Shown: piece by piece, positions 29,621 through 39,311 of the stretch
How the letters are laid out: each line of letters opens with the position of its first letter
How positions within the stretch are numbered: the first letter of the stretch is position 1
From: Candidatus Acidiferrales bacterium
GTDB lineage: Bacteria > Acidobacteriota > Terriglobia > Acidiferrales > UBA7541
Reading direction: 5' to 3'
DNA: 64,000 bases
Assembly (NCBI GenBank): GCA_035933575.1
Contig: DASYYR010000071.1
Span: 6,994-70,993, forward strand
The notes under the pieces: generated by a model
What the model was told of the DNA's origin: nothing
What the model saw: only the letters and a program-made list of their open reading frames with translations
Databases searched by the model: none
Made by a program: the position numbers and the translations under genes

Positions 29621-30508
29621 ATGAGCACGGCGACGGCTCCGGAGCAGACGCTGGCGGAAGCGGCGCGCGCGCCGATGGGAGCGGGGGAACGGCCGGTGGT
29701 TGTGATACGCCCGACGCGGGGATGGACCGCGCTGCGGCTGGGCGAGCTGTGGAAGTATCGCGAGCTGCTGTACTTCCTGGTGTGGCGGGACGTAAAGGTC
29801 CGCTACAAACAGACGATGCTGGGAGCGGCGTGGGCCGTGCTGCAGCCGTTGCTGACGATGATGATTTTCACGCTGCTGTTCAGCAAGCTGGCCAAGGTGC
29901 CCTCCGAGGGCGTGCCGTATCCGATTTTTGCCTACTGCGCGCTGGTGCCGTGGACGCTGTTTGCGTTCGCGCTGGCCCAATCAGGGAATAGTCTGATCAC
30001 CAGCCAGAATCTGGTGACAAAGGTCTATTTCTCGCGGCTGGTGATTCCCATCGCGCCGGTGCTGGTGGGCTTGGTGGACTTCGGCATCGCGTTTGTGCTG
30101 CTGCTGGGAATGATGGCTTACTACGGTGTGCACCCGGGAATTGCGATTGTGACGCTGCCGCTGTTCCTGTTGCTGGCCGTCGCCACGTCGCTGGGAGTGG
30201 GGTTGTGGCTCTCGGCGCTGAACGTGGAATATCGCGACGTGCGGCACACGATTCCGTTTCTCACGCAGTTCTGGCTGTTCGCGTCACCGATTGCGTATCC
30301 GAGCAGCGCCGTGCCAGCGAAGTGGCGGGTGCTCTATGGGTTGAATCCTATCGCGGGAGTGGTGGAGGGATTTCGGTGGGCGCTGCTGGGAACGCACAGG
30401 CCGTCCGTGCCGATGCTGCTGGCCTCTTCGGCGATGGTGGCGTTGCTTATTTTTAGCGGATTGGTCTACTTCCGCCGAGTGGAGAAGACTTTCGCGGATG
30501 TGGTGTGA
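29621..30508 (+). CDS. ABC-2 type polysaccharide export permease (Wzm/TagG-like)
   Basis: RELLYFLVWRDVKVRYKQTMLGAAWAVLQPLL signature of O-antigen/teichoic acid ABC-2 permeases, with 6 TM segments. Confidence 0.85.
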   Translation: MSTATAPEQTLAEAARAPMGAGERPVVVIRPTRGWTALRLGELWKYRELLYFLVWRDVKVRYKQTMLGAAWAVLQPLLTMMIFTLLFSKLAKVPSEGVPYPIFAYCALVPWTLFAFALAQSGNSLITSQNLVTKVYFSRLVIPIAPVLVGLVDFGIAFVLLLGMMAYYGVHPGIAIVTLPLFLLLAVATSLGVGLWLSALNVEYRDVRHTIPFLTQFWLFASPIAYPSSAVPAKWRVLYGLNPIAGVVEGFRWALLGTHRPSVPMLLASSAMVALLIFSGLVYFRRVEKTFADVV

Positions 30509-30538
30509 CGAGGAGTTTGGCTCGCCGGTACGGCACAT

Positions 30539-31846
30539 ATGAGCGCATTGGCAATCCACGCTGAAGGGATCGGGAAGCTCTATCACATCGGGCGACGGCA
30601 GACGCACAGGAATTTGCGGGATGCGCTGACAGACACGATGACGGCGCCCTTTCGCGCGGTGCGAGCGCGACTGAGCGGCGCGCAGGGAAATGGCAACTCG
30701 CGGGGAGAAACATTCTGGGCGCTGCGCAACGTTTCATTTGACATTGAAGAAGGCGAGATCATCGGCATTATTGGACGCAATGGCGCTGGAAAATCCACAT
30801 TGCTGAAAATCCTGTCGCGCATCACGGAACCGACCGAAGGGCGAGCGGTGATTCACGGGCGCGCGGGAAGCTTGCTGGAAGTGGGCACAGGGTTTCATCC
30901 CGAGTTGACCGGACGGGAGAACATTTTCCTGAACGGGGCGATCCTGGGAATGTCGAAAGGAGAGATAGCGCGGAAGTTCGACGAGATCGTTGCGTTCTCG
31001 GAGGTTGAAAAGTTCATCGACACACCGGTGAAACATTATTCGAGCGGAATGTACGTGCGGCTGGCGTTCGCGGTGGCCGCGTATCTGGAGACAGAAGTTC
31101 TGTTCGTGGACGAAGTGCTGTCGGTGGGAGACGGAGAATTTCAGAAGAAGTGCCTCAACAAAATGCAGGGCGCGGGCGACGAGGGGCGCACCGTTTTCCT
31201 GGTGTCGCACAACCTGACGGCGATCCAGCGGCTTTGCCAAAAAGTGTTTTGGCTAGAGCACGGAAACATTGTGCTTTCGGGAACCGCAAAGGAAGTGGTG
31301 GGCGCGTATCTGAGCTCCACTTCGACGGCTGTTACGGAGCAAGAGTGGCCGGACCCGGATACGGCGCCGGGCAACGAAACGGTAAGGCTTCGCAGCGCGC
31401 GAGTGCGGCCGGTGGAACGGGGCGCGGGCGATGAAATTAACGTGCGGACACCATTCGCCATAGAATTCGAATACTGGAACTTGAAACCGCAGGCGCGGCT
31501 CAACTTGAGCCTGGTGGTGTACACAGAAGACGGAACGATGGCGTTCGTCACCGGGCCGAGAGGTGAACCGGTGTGGAATGGCAAACCGTTTCCGGCGGGA
31601 TTGTTCCGCAGCGTGTGCTATGTGCCGGGCGACCTGCTGAACGACGGGATTCATCGCCTGCTGTTGCTGGTGGTGGAAAACCGATCCGTGGTCATCTACC
31701 GCCACGAGGACGTGCTGACGTTCGAAGTGAAGGAAGATATCTCGATGAGAGACGGCTGGCTTGGCGACTGGCCGGGGGCGACGCGGCCCATGCTGCGATG
31801 GACGACTGAGTTGATGTCACCGATCGCCGCCGAGCAACGGCGTTGA
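30539..31846 (+). CDS. Polysaccharide export ABC ATPase (Wzt/TagH-like) with C-terminal extension
   Basis: Walker A GRNGAGKST, signature YSSGMYVRL and Walker B LFVDEV. About 180 extra C-terminal residues sit where Wzt glycan-cap-binding domains occur. Confidence 0.85.
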   Translation: MSALAIHAEGIGKLYHIGRRQTHRNLRDALTDTMTAPFRAVRARLSGAQGNGNSRGETFWALRNVSFDIEEGEIIGIIGRNGAGKSTLLKILSRITEPTEGRAVIHGRAGSLLEVGTGFHPELTGRENIFLNGAILGMSKGEIARKFDEIVAFSEVEKFIDTPVKHYSSGMYVRLAFAVAAYLETEVLFVDEVLSVGDGEFQKKCLNKMQGAGDEGRTVFLVSHNLTAIQRLCQKVFWLEHGNIVLSGTAKEVVGAYLSSTSTAVTEQEWPDPDTAPGNETVRLRSARVRPVERGAGDEINVRTPFAIEFEYWNLKPQARLNLSLVVYTEDGTMAFVTGPRGEPVWNGKPFPAGLFRSVCYVPGDLLNDGIHRLLLLVVENRSVVIYRHEDVLTFEVKEDISMRDGWLGDWPGATRPMLRWTTELMSPIAAEQRR

Positions 31847-31876
31847 CGCTGGTGACCGGCTGCTTGCGTCCAGATT

Positions 31877-32608
31877 ATGCGCGATCACAAACAGGCCGAT
31901 AAAGTGACCTATCCCAAGTCTGACTACAAGGAGTATCCGAAGACGCTCGATCCAAACGATCTTTGGGGTCAGGTGCGTCGCACGGTCTACGGCAAGCCCG
32001 TGTCCGACGAGCAGATCGCATTGATCGTTGCAGCAATTCGCGCCGGATTGCAATTCTCCAAAGAGGATATCGTCTTGGATCTCGCCTGTGGAAACGGAGC
32101 GTTGTCGAGTTATTTTTTTGAGGACTGCCGCTCGCTTCATGGCGTTGATTACTCGCCCTATCTGATTGAAATCGCCACGAAGCGGTTTCAAGTTCTGGGA
32201 AACTCGACGTTTATGGTGGACGACGCCGTTCATTATGTTCAAAGTGAGCCCGAGCCAGGCCGTTTCACAAAAGCGTTGTGTTACGGAAGCTTCGCTTTTT
32301 TTACCGAAGCGGACGCGCGACAGATACTCCGCGGTTTGCGCGAAAGATTCGTCAACGTGAGTCGCCTTTTTATCGGCAATGTGCCAGATCGAGATCGCGC
32401 GCATCTTTTTTATCCGCCGGGAACGGATTACTCTTCTGAATTGAAAGATCATGCAGGGCAAATCGGGATTTGGCGATCACAGGCTGAATTCTATACGCTT
32501 GCTGCGGACGAAGGATGGGAACTCACGTCAACCTTAATGCCACCTGAATATTATGCGGCCCATTACCGCTTCGACGCACTCCTAACGCCAAAGGCTCGGC
32601 TGCGATAG
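31877..32608 (+). CDS. Class I SAM-dependent methyltransferase
   Basis: Motif I VLDLACGNGAL. 243 aa. Confidence 0.7.
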   Translation: MRDHKQADKVTYPKSDYKEYPKTLDPNDLWGQVRRTVYGKPVSDEQIALIVAAIRAGLQFSKEDIVLDLACGNGALSSYFFEDCRSLHGVDYSPYLIEIATKRFQVLGNSTFMVDDAVHYVQSEPEPGRFTKALCYGSFAFFTEADARQILRGLRERFVNVSRLFIGNVPDRDRAHLFYPPGTDYSSELKDHAGQIGIWRSQAEFYTLAADEGWELTSTLMPPEYYAAHYRFDALLTPKARLR

Positions 32609-32626
32609 CTTTTGGAGGGCCTATCG

Positions 32627-33832
32627 GTGCAATCCATGAGGAAGACAAACACGACGGAGCTTGCAATTTTCGGAGGAGCAAAATTATTTGAGCAGCCGAA
32701 GTCGACCTCAAACCTCGTGGCGCCTGATTTCGAAAGATTTCTGAATTATTCAAAGCAATTCTTTAACAAACGGCATTATACCAATAACGGCCCGCTCGTC
32801 CGGCTGTTGGAAAAGCGTCTGGCGGATTTTCACCAGGCGCAATTTTGCGTGACATTCTGCAGCGGCTTCTGGGCGATTGCGGTGACAATGACAGCGCTGG
32901 CGCTTAGAGGGAGAAGCGAGGTCATCATTCCTTCGTTGTCCTACCGCCGCATCGCGGACCTGGCCGCGTGGGCGAAGTTGAAGCCCCGGTTTTGCGAGGT
33001 CGAGACGGATACTTTGGCGATGAGCGCCGGGACGGTTGTTCCGTGCATCAACGACCAAACGGCGTTGATCGTCGGGATGCATCCAATCGTCAATTGCTGC
33101 GACGTGGCGGGACTGGCAAGCCTGGCGGATGAGCATCGAATTCCGTTGTTGTTTGATTCGGTGGAGTCGGTTTACGAAGGCTGTTCATTGGGGAAAATCG
33201 GCGGCTTCGGGGACGCGGAATGTTTCTCGCTGCACGCGAGCAAACTGATTAACGGTTTTGAGGGCGGCTATGTGACCACCGATAACAAAGCACTGGCCGA
33301 TAAATTGGCTGCCCTGCGCGGGTTTGGTTTTATGGGACAGGATAACATCGTCGTTGCCGGCGGGCTGAACGCAAAGCTGAATGAGATTCATGCGGCGATG
33401 GCGCTCGCCAATCTGGATGAACTTGAGGTTCAAATCATCCGCAACCGCGAGCGATATGAACGCTACAAACGCGGCCTGGCCCCTGTGAGAGGTATTCGTC
33501 TGGTCGAATTCGATGAGGCCCATCCAACCAGCTACAAAAATATTCTTGTCGAATTGCTCCCCGAGTGGCCATTAAGCCGACGCCGCACGCTGGCGGTTCT
33601 GCACGCCGAAAATATTCTGGCACGCCCCTATTACTCGCCACCGCTCCACCAAAAGAAAATGGACTATCCGCATATTCCGGCCAGCCTAGCAGTGACTGAT
33701 TTGCTGGCCGAACGTTTTATGCTGCTTCCCTGCGGCGAGTTTGTGACGGTCGAAGATATTGACGGCGTCATCGGGTTGTTGGATTTTTTGTACCGACAAG
33801 GGCCGTCCATTGAAGCCCACGCGGCCTCATAA
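32627..33832 (+). CDS. DegT/DnrJ/EryC1/StrS-family sugar aminotransferase
   Basis: Fold-type I PLP enzyme layout with ...FSLHASKLINGFEGG (PLP Lys). GTG 32627 lies 8 nt after GGAGGG; TTG 32612 and ATG 32636 are alternatives. Confidence 0.8.
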   Translation: MQSMRKTNTTELAIFGGAKLFEQPKSTSNLVAPDFERFLNYSKQFFNKRHYTNNGPLVRLLEKRLADFHQAQFCVTFCSGFWAIAVTMTALALRGRSEVIIPSLSYRRIADLAAWAKLKPRFCEVETDTLAMSAGTVVPCINDQTALIVGMHPIVNCCDVAGLASLADEHRIPLLFDSVESVYEGCSLGKIGGFGDAECFSLHASKLINGFEGGYVTTDNKALADKLAALRGFGFMGQDNIVVAGGLNAKLNEIHAAMALANLDELEVQIIRNRERYERYKRGLAPVRGIRLVEFDEAHPTSYKNILVELLPEWPLSRRRTLAVLHAENILARPYYSPPLHQKKMDYPHIPASLAVTDLLAERFMLLPCGEFVTVEDIDGVIGLLDFLYRQGPSIEAHAAS

Positions 33833-35043
33833 TGAAAACTCATAAAACGCGAGAGAAGAGCTTCGCCCTGTTCGGCGCGCCGCCAGCATTTGAGAAGCCA
33901 CTGCCGGTGGCGCAACTTTATTTTCCGTCGTGGGAACGCTATGAAGCTGCGATGCGCGGTATCTTCGAGCGCAGGTATTACACGAACCAAGGCCCCTTGG
34001 CGCGCCAACTTGAAGAACAACTCCAGCAATTCCTTGGTGTGAAGCATGCCATCTGCGTGGCAAATGCCACCATTGGTTTAATGATGGCTGCGGAGGCGCT
34101 GAACCTGAAGGGCAAAGTGATCCTGCCCGCGTTCACTTTCGTGGCTTCGGCCCAGTCATTGAGTTGGTGCGGGATAGAGCCAGTCTTCTGTGACGTGAAT
34201 CCACTGACCCATCACATGACACCGGCGAATTTGGAAAAATGCCTGGACAGCGGCGTTAGCGGAATCATGGGTGTGAACTTGTGGGGCGGGACTTGCGATC
34301 CAACCGCCATTACGGAATTTGCCCGCCAGCACGCGCTGCCGGCGTATTTCGATTCGGCGCACGCGTTTGGCTGCGCGGTAAACAAAGTAAAAGTAGGCAA
34401 TTTTGGCAGCGTGGAAGTTTTCTCATTTCATGCGACGAAAATTTTGAGCGCCACGGAAGGCGGTTGCCTTTGCACAAATGACGACGATTTGGCAGCCCGA
34501 CTGCGAAATATCCGGAGCAGCTACGGCGCCGGAAAACCTATGGATGTACTCAAGACCGCCAATGGCCGAATGTCGGAAGCCCAGGCGGCGATCGCGCTGA
34601 TGAGCCTGGGGGATTTTCCGGAAAATCAGCGGAACAACGAGCGTCTCCGCCAATCCTATGAGGCGCGCCTGAATTCCATTCCTGGAATTCGCGTTATCAA
34701 ACCTTCCGGCGTTTCCTTTTCGAACTATCAATATCTGGTTTGCGAGGTGGACGAAAATTTGCTGGGCTTTCCCCGGGATGTTTTGCTCACGCTGTTGAAG
34801 GCTGAGAACGTTATCTGCCGGCGTTATTTTTATCCCGGCGTGCATCGCACTATTGAATACGTTTCAAAACAGCAAACGGGGGCTGATCTGCCGGTTACGG
34901 ACCGCCTATGTGCCACGTGTCTCCAATTCCCCATAGGAGCGATGGTTACGCTTGAGGCTGTTGAGACGATCTGCGACATCGTGCAACGGGCGCATCTCGC
35001 GTCGGAATTATTCCAATCTGTACCTACTCAGGAGTGGCAATGA
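33832..35043 (+). CDS. DegT/DnrJ/EryC1/StrS-family sugar aminotransferase
   Basis: FSFHATKILSATEGG PLP-Lys motif. The start overlaps the upstream stop by 1 nt (TAATG). Confidence 0.85.
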   Translation: MKTHKTREKSFALFGAPPAFEKPLPVAQLYFPSWERYEAAMRGIFERRYYTNQGPLARQLEEQLQQFLGVKHAICVANATIGLMMAAEALNLKGKVILPAFTFVASAQSLSWCGIEPVFCDVNPLTHHMTPANLEKCLDSGVSGIMGVNLWGGTCDPTAITEFARQHALPAYFDSAHAFGCAVNKVKVGNFGSVEVFSFHATKILSATEGGCLCTNDDDLAARLRNIRSSYGAGKPMDVLKTANGRMSEAQAAIALMSLGDFPENQRNNERLRQSYEARLNSIPGIRVIKPSGVSFSNYQYLVCEVDENLLGFPRDVLLTLLKAENVICRRYFYPGVHRTIEYVSKQQTGADLPVTDRLCATCLQFPIGAMVTLEAVETICDIVQRAHLASELFQSVPTQEWQ

Positions 35044-35076
35044 GACTTGGCATCATGCAACCGTTGGAGAGCTGAT

Positions 35077-35808
35077 GTGCGCTTTGGCATTATGCAGCCG
35101 TACTTCTTTCCATACCTCGGACATTTCGCGCTGATCGCCAATGTCGATTCATGGGTTGTCTTCGATGTGACGCAATACACGCCAAAGAGTTGGATCAGCC
35201 GCAATCGCGTATTGCACCCGGCCGCAGGAACGAACTGGATCAGTGTTCCGCTAAGGCATTCCAGCAGATCGATCAAAATCCATGAAGCAAAAATACTCGA
35301 TTTGAATGCAACAGCGCAATCGACCGTCGGCAAGCTGAGTCATTATCGACGTCGCGCACCCTTCTACAGGGAGGTCGAGGAGCTTGTTAAAGCGACCTTC
35401 GCTGCTTGTGGCGACGATGATTCTCTGGTGAATTTGAACGTGCATGGCCTAGATATGATGTGCGAATACCTAGGAATCCCTTTTCAACGACAAATTTGTT
35501 CGCAGATGAGTTTGCCTTTCCCTGCCGAAACGGGACCCGGCGATTGGGCACCCGAAATCTGCCGCCTTGTCGGCGCGACGTCCTATTTGAACCCGATCGG
35601 CGGCAAGGCATTGTTCGACCCCAAAAAGTTCGACGAGATTGGCGTATCGCTGGCTTTCTTGTCGATGGCGGAATTCAGGTACGAAACCAAACCGTTCGAA
35701 TTCATTCCGCATTTGTCGATTATCGACGTATTGATGTGGAATTCCCCCGAAACCGTTAGAAACGCAATAAAAATGTGCGCTTCTATCGACCAAGCGCGCG
35801 TGGGCTAG
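35077..35808 (+). CDS. WbqC-family protein (polysaccharide-cluster protein of unknown function)
   Basis: (V)RFGIMQPYFFPYLGHFALI is the hallmark WbqC N-terminus. Start is GTG 35077 or ATG 35092. Confidence 0.75.
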   Translation: MRFGIMQPYFFPYLGHFALIANVDSWVVFDVTQYTPKSWISRNRVLHPAAGTNWISVPLRHSSRSIKIHEAKILDLNATAQSTVGKLSHYRRRAPFYREVEELVKATFAACGDDDSLVNLNVHGLDMMCEYLGIPFQRQICSQMSLPFPAETGPGDWAPEICRLVGATSYLNPIGGKALFDPKKFDEIGVSLAFLSMAEFRYETKPFEFIPHLSIIDVLMWNSPETVRNAIKMCASIDQARVG

Positions 35809-35946
35809 GCGTCACTGAAAGGCGCCGCCGAAAGTCGTTTGGAGTGTAGAACGTGCTCGTCGAGGACACCGAAATGCAACGTGCTCGCCGCTTCCGGCGC
35901 ATTGACGTCCCTGCTCGCATACGAGTTGTGTTTGCGGCGGTCATGG

Positions 35947-37422
35947 CTATTGCTTTTTGTCTGACTTAGGCTCGTCCTTGCCCAGTTGGCGCAAATCCTT
36001 TTTCTCGATACCTTGCATCATTTCATGGCGACGAGTGAAGTAGTGGGCCACCGAAGTCGACAGGTCCGTTGGCACCACGCGGAATTGGTTCGAAGCCATT
36101 TCGCTCCAGGAAATCGGGCCACGCTCCGGGATCAAATGCATACCCCACTGAAACAACAAGCCCAAGTTCCATAATACCAGTAATGCGATCCCGGCAATCG
36201 CGCCTCGCCAAGCAACGCGAGTGTCACGCACGAGTTTCTCGGACGCAGCGAGAAGCGCCGTGAAGCCAAGAACGAATATCGGCGTCAACGATACGAAGAA
36301 GCGGTTGCCGTAAGAGGAGATTCCGTCCCAATCGGGATAAGTTGCGATCAGGAAGTAAAAGGCCAACGCGGACAAGACGACCGCCCATCCAAGCACGCGG
36401 TCGCGGCGCACTACGAAAAACAGCCCTGCGGAGGCGAGCAATAAAATAGGCGTCCAACTGAACAGCCCATGATCGGAAGAGAAAAGCACTTGGGCCAACA
36501 GAGGATTCGTCAAATGCCAGACGCCCACCTCGGTGTAGCCGGTCGAGAACGGACTGCCATAAATTATCCAGCGACTGACCAGAGTAGGAAGAAACGCAAA
36601 AACCAGGGTGGCTGCAAATACGCAGCTTCCCAGAACAAGGGGCCGAAATTCGCGTGTCTTGCTTGATGGTGCAGAACGAAGAATGCGCGCGGCAGTGACG
36701 ATCAATTCCACAAGCACTACGAGAAGAAAAAGCGCGTTTGGATAGTAGACGTCGAGCATGAGTCCGGCAATCAGTCCGAGCAGAAGCCACTGCGACAAGG
36801 TTCGCGCGGCTCGTGTGCGGTCCCAATACCACAGGAATAATGCGACGATAAAGGCGGAGTGTGCATGGGACCACGACGGATTGAAGTACATATAAACGAG
36901 CAAAGAACTCGCAAACCAGATGCCGAGGGTCGCGAGAAAGGCCCAGCGCTCAGAAAAGTATTTTCGTGCCAGGCGAAACGAAAGGAACAGTCCAAGGAAT
37001 CCGGCCAACGCTGTAATGAACGCCATAGTGTCGATGTAAGGCCAGGAAAAACCGTCGGCAGGAATACGGGCGCCCAAATGATCCGCAGCGAGGACCGCGG
37101 TGTGTGTCACGGCGAGAAAAGGGATCCAAATCAGCGCCGGACCGATGGTGAAGTGATTGTCCAAGTGGCCGGTGCGCGTATATTGGTCGGCCCGCAGGTG
37201 GCCAGAGGCATCAATTCTGCCCAAATAGAAACTGGGATTCGCGCGGAGCCAGTCCTGCTCGAACTGCAGATTATGATTCACGACGATGGCTCGCGCATAG
37301 GCGTAATAGCCGACTCCATCGCCGCGCACCCAGGGATTCGCCAACGGCAAGGTTAGGATAAAAATCAGAATAAGGATCTTGTCGTATCCATTCAGCGTCG
37401 CGCTTTGCCCCGGCGAGGTCAT
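35947..37422 (-). CDS. Polytopic membrane protein, probable GT-C fold glycosyltransferase (ArnT/PMT-like)
   Basis: 491 aa and strongly hydrophobic. The first-loop segment PWVRGDGVGYYAYARAIVVNHNLQFEQDW (acidic/aromatic loop after TM1) resembles GT-C enzymes. Family assignment is tentative. Confidence 0.55.
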   Translation of the reverse strand: MTSPGQSATLNGYDKILILIFILTLPLANPWVRGDGVGYYAYARAIVVNHNLQFEQDWLRANPSFYLGRIDASGHLRADQYTRTGHLDNHFTIGPALIWIPFLAVTHTAVLAADHLGARIPADGFSWPYIDTMAFITALAGFLGLFLSFRLARKYFSERWAFLATLGIWFASSLLVYMYFNPSWSHAHSAFIVALFLWYWDRTRAARTLSQWLLLGLIAGLMLDVYYPNALFLLVVLVELIVTAARILRSAPSSKTREFRPLVLGSCVFAATLVFAFLPTLVSRWIIYGSPFSTGYTEVGVWHLTNPLLAQVLFSSDHGLFSWTPILLLASAGLFFVVRRDRVLGWAVVLSALAFYFLIATYPDWDGISSYGNRFFVSLTPIFVLGFTALLAASEKLVRDTRVAWRGAIAGIALLVLWNLGLLFQWGMHLIPERGPISWSEMASNQFRVVPTDLSTSVAHYFTRRHEMMQGIEKKDLRQLGKDEPKSDKKQ

Positions 37423-37423
37423 T

Positions 37424-38209
37424 TTACTTCACTGCGATCGCCAGCAAACTCTGGCCGACAGGCGGCTCCCAAATCTGTTCTAGTCTGAAACTCCACGGAA
37501 TGATCCAACGGTCATACCAACGCACCTGACGAGGCCGGAGCGTCCTCTGCCGAAGGACTCTGCCGGCAAAAAACCAGGAAGCGATACCCAGAAAGTTGAC
37601 GTAACGGGCCTGTTCGACGCGAAAACCCGCGCGTTCAAGTTTCTTCCTCAATATAGGTTTGCTATAGCGACGGTGATGCTCGAAGGCCGCGTCGAGAGAA
37701 CCGTAATTCCATTCGAGAGCTGGCACGAACAGCAACACGCGGCCGCCAGGACGCAACGAGTGCTGTATTTGCAGTAAAAGAGCGTCGTCATCAGAGATGT
37801 GTTCGAGAACATTTACAAGAACGATCGAATCGGCAGACTCCTCCAGCACAGAGGGATCAAACGCGCCGGAGTGAAGCCGAAGCCGAGGATTATCCCCGAA
37901 TTGCTTCTGCAATAAGGGAAACAGATTGGCGCTCGGCTCAAAAAGAACAAGTTTCGAAATGCGATTAATTCTCAACAGCAATTCAGAAAAAGTGCCTGCA
38001 CCGGCCCCGATCTCAATAACTCTCGTGCCGAGATATGGAGCAAAAAAATCCAGAATCCAGCGACAATAATTCCGGGCCTGTGCCATCGCATCCAACTCGG
38101 TTCCGGAATAGACAAACGGATCGTTCACGTTGGCCAGGCTACCGACTACGCATTCCACGAATGCGCAGCTGGTCCCGGAATTCCGCAACGCGAGCGCTTT
38201 CGAAAACAT
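37424..38209 (-). CDS. Class I SAM-dependent methyltransferase
   Basis: Motif I VIEIGAGAGTF and post-I LFEPS. The stop lies 1 nt before the next gene's start. Confidence 0.75.
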   Translation of the reverse strand: MFSKALALRNSGTSCAFVECVVGSLANVNDPFVYSGTELDAMAQARNYCRWILDFFAPYLGTRVIEIGAGAGTFSELLLRINRISKLVLFEPSANLFPLLQKQFGDNPRLRLHSGAFDPSVLEESADSIVLVNVLEHISDDDALLLQIQHSLRPGGRVLLFVPALEWNYGSLDAAFEHHRRYSKPILRKKLERAGFRVEQARYVNFLGIASWFFAGRVLRQRTLRPRQVRWYDRWIIPWSFRLEQIWEPPVGQSLLAIAVK

Positions 38210-38239
38210 TACATTCCCCGCTAGACCCGCCCCAAATTC

Positions 38240-39292
38240 TCACAGAGCCACCGTTCCTCCGGCTTCGGTTTCAGCGCTCGCCGGTACGAACAATGGTACA
38301 GGCTGCCCAGCCTCGACAACAATGCCTTCGCGTTTCGTGCGGAAATATGCGACGACTCTGTCTACGATAGAGTGAAGAGGCGTTGTGGGGCAATCTCCGG
38401 CGATCCTATGAAGCTTTTCGAGAGAAGGAACCCTGCGGAGCATGTCTTCGAAGCCGGGCTCGTATGCTTCGTCGTAGGGGACATAAGTGATTGGAGAAGA
38501 GCTCGCGGTTCTTTGCTTGACCATTTGGGCGAGGGCTTCGATCGTCACTTCCTGGTTGCTACCAATGTTAACGACCTCTCCCACAGCCAGACCGCTATCC
38601 ACCAAGCGAAGGACGGCCCGAATGCAGTCCTGAACATCGCAGAAACACCGAGACTGTTGCCCAGATCCAAAAATAGTGATGGCGGGCCCATCGAGAGCTT
38701 GCGCCACGAAATTCGGCAAGACCATTCCGTACCGGCCTGTTTGCCGGGGGCCTACGGTGTTGAAGAAACGCGCGACGATGACGGGCAATTTTTTTTCTTT
38801 CCAATACGAAAGAGCCAGAAATTCATCGAGCGCTTTCGATGCCGCATAACTCCAGCGGCCTTTCGTCGTGGGGCCGAGGACAAGGTCTGAATCCTCGTGG
38901 AAGGGTATCTTGTCGCTTTTTCCGTACACTTCCGAGGTGGATGCCGTAAAGACAAGCTTCTTTTTCTTGCTGGCGGCTTCGAGAACCATCTGCGTGCCAT
39001 TGACGTTCGTTTCGATGGTGCGGACTGGGCTTTCGACGATTAGCCGTACGCCGACTGCCGCGGCCAGGTGAAAGACAACCTCCGATTCGTCTACTAACTC
39101 CGCCAGAAGATGGCGATTTTGAAGCGAGTCGAACACATAATGAAATCTACTGCTACTTTTCAGGTGGCGGATATTTTCGACACTGCCAGTCGACAAATCG
39201 TCCAGAATAAAAACATCGTCACCGCGCGCAATCAATTGTTCCGCAAGATGCGACCCGATGAATCCAGCTCCGCCTGTGATGAGTGAGCGCAT
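38240..39292 (-). CDS. NAD-dependent sugar epimerase/dehydratase (extended SDR, UXS/ArnA-C-like)
   Basis: ITGGAGFIGSHLAEQL and YAASK (YxxxK). 350 aa. Confidence 0.8.
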   Translation of the reverse strand: MRSLITGGAGFIGSHLAEQLIARGDDVFILDDLSTGSVENIRHLKSSSRFHYVFDSLQNRHLLAELVDESEVVFHLAAAVGVRLIVESPVRTIETNVNGTQMVLEAASKKKKLVFTASTSEVYGKSDKIPFHEDSDLVLGPTTKGRWSYAASKALDEFLALSYWKEKKLPVIVARFFNTVGPRQTGRYGMVLPNFVAQALDGPAITIFGSGQQSRCFCDVQDCIRAVLRLVDSGLAVGEVVNIGSNQEVTIEALAQMVKQRTASSSPITYVPYDEAYEPGFEDMLRRVPSLEKLHRIAGDCPTTPLHSIVDRVVAYFRTKREGIVVEAGQPVPLFVPASAETEAGGTVAL

Positions 39293-39311
39293 GAATACCC
39301 TCCGTTAGAGA

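Noticed and set aside
29366-29980. A 204-aa minus-strand ORF rich in Arg, Gln, His and Pro that overlaps the wzm start region.
   Set aside because: It is low-complexity and antisense to a well-supported Wzm permease gene and its upstream region. It has no start context or motif.
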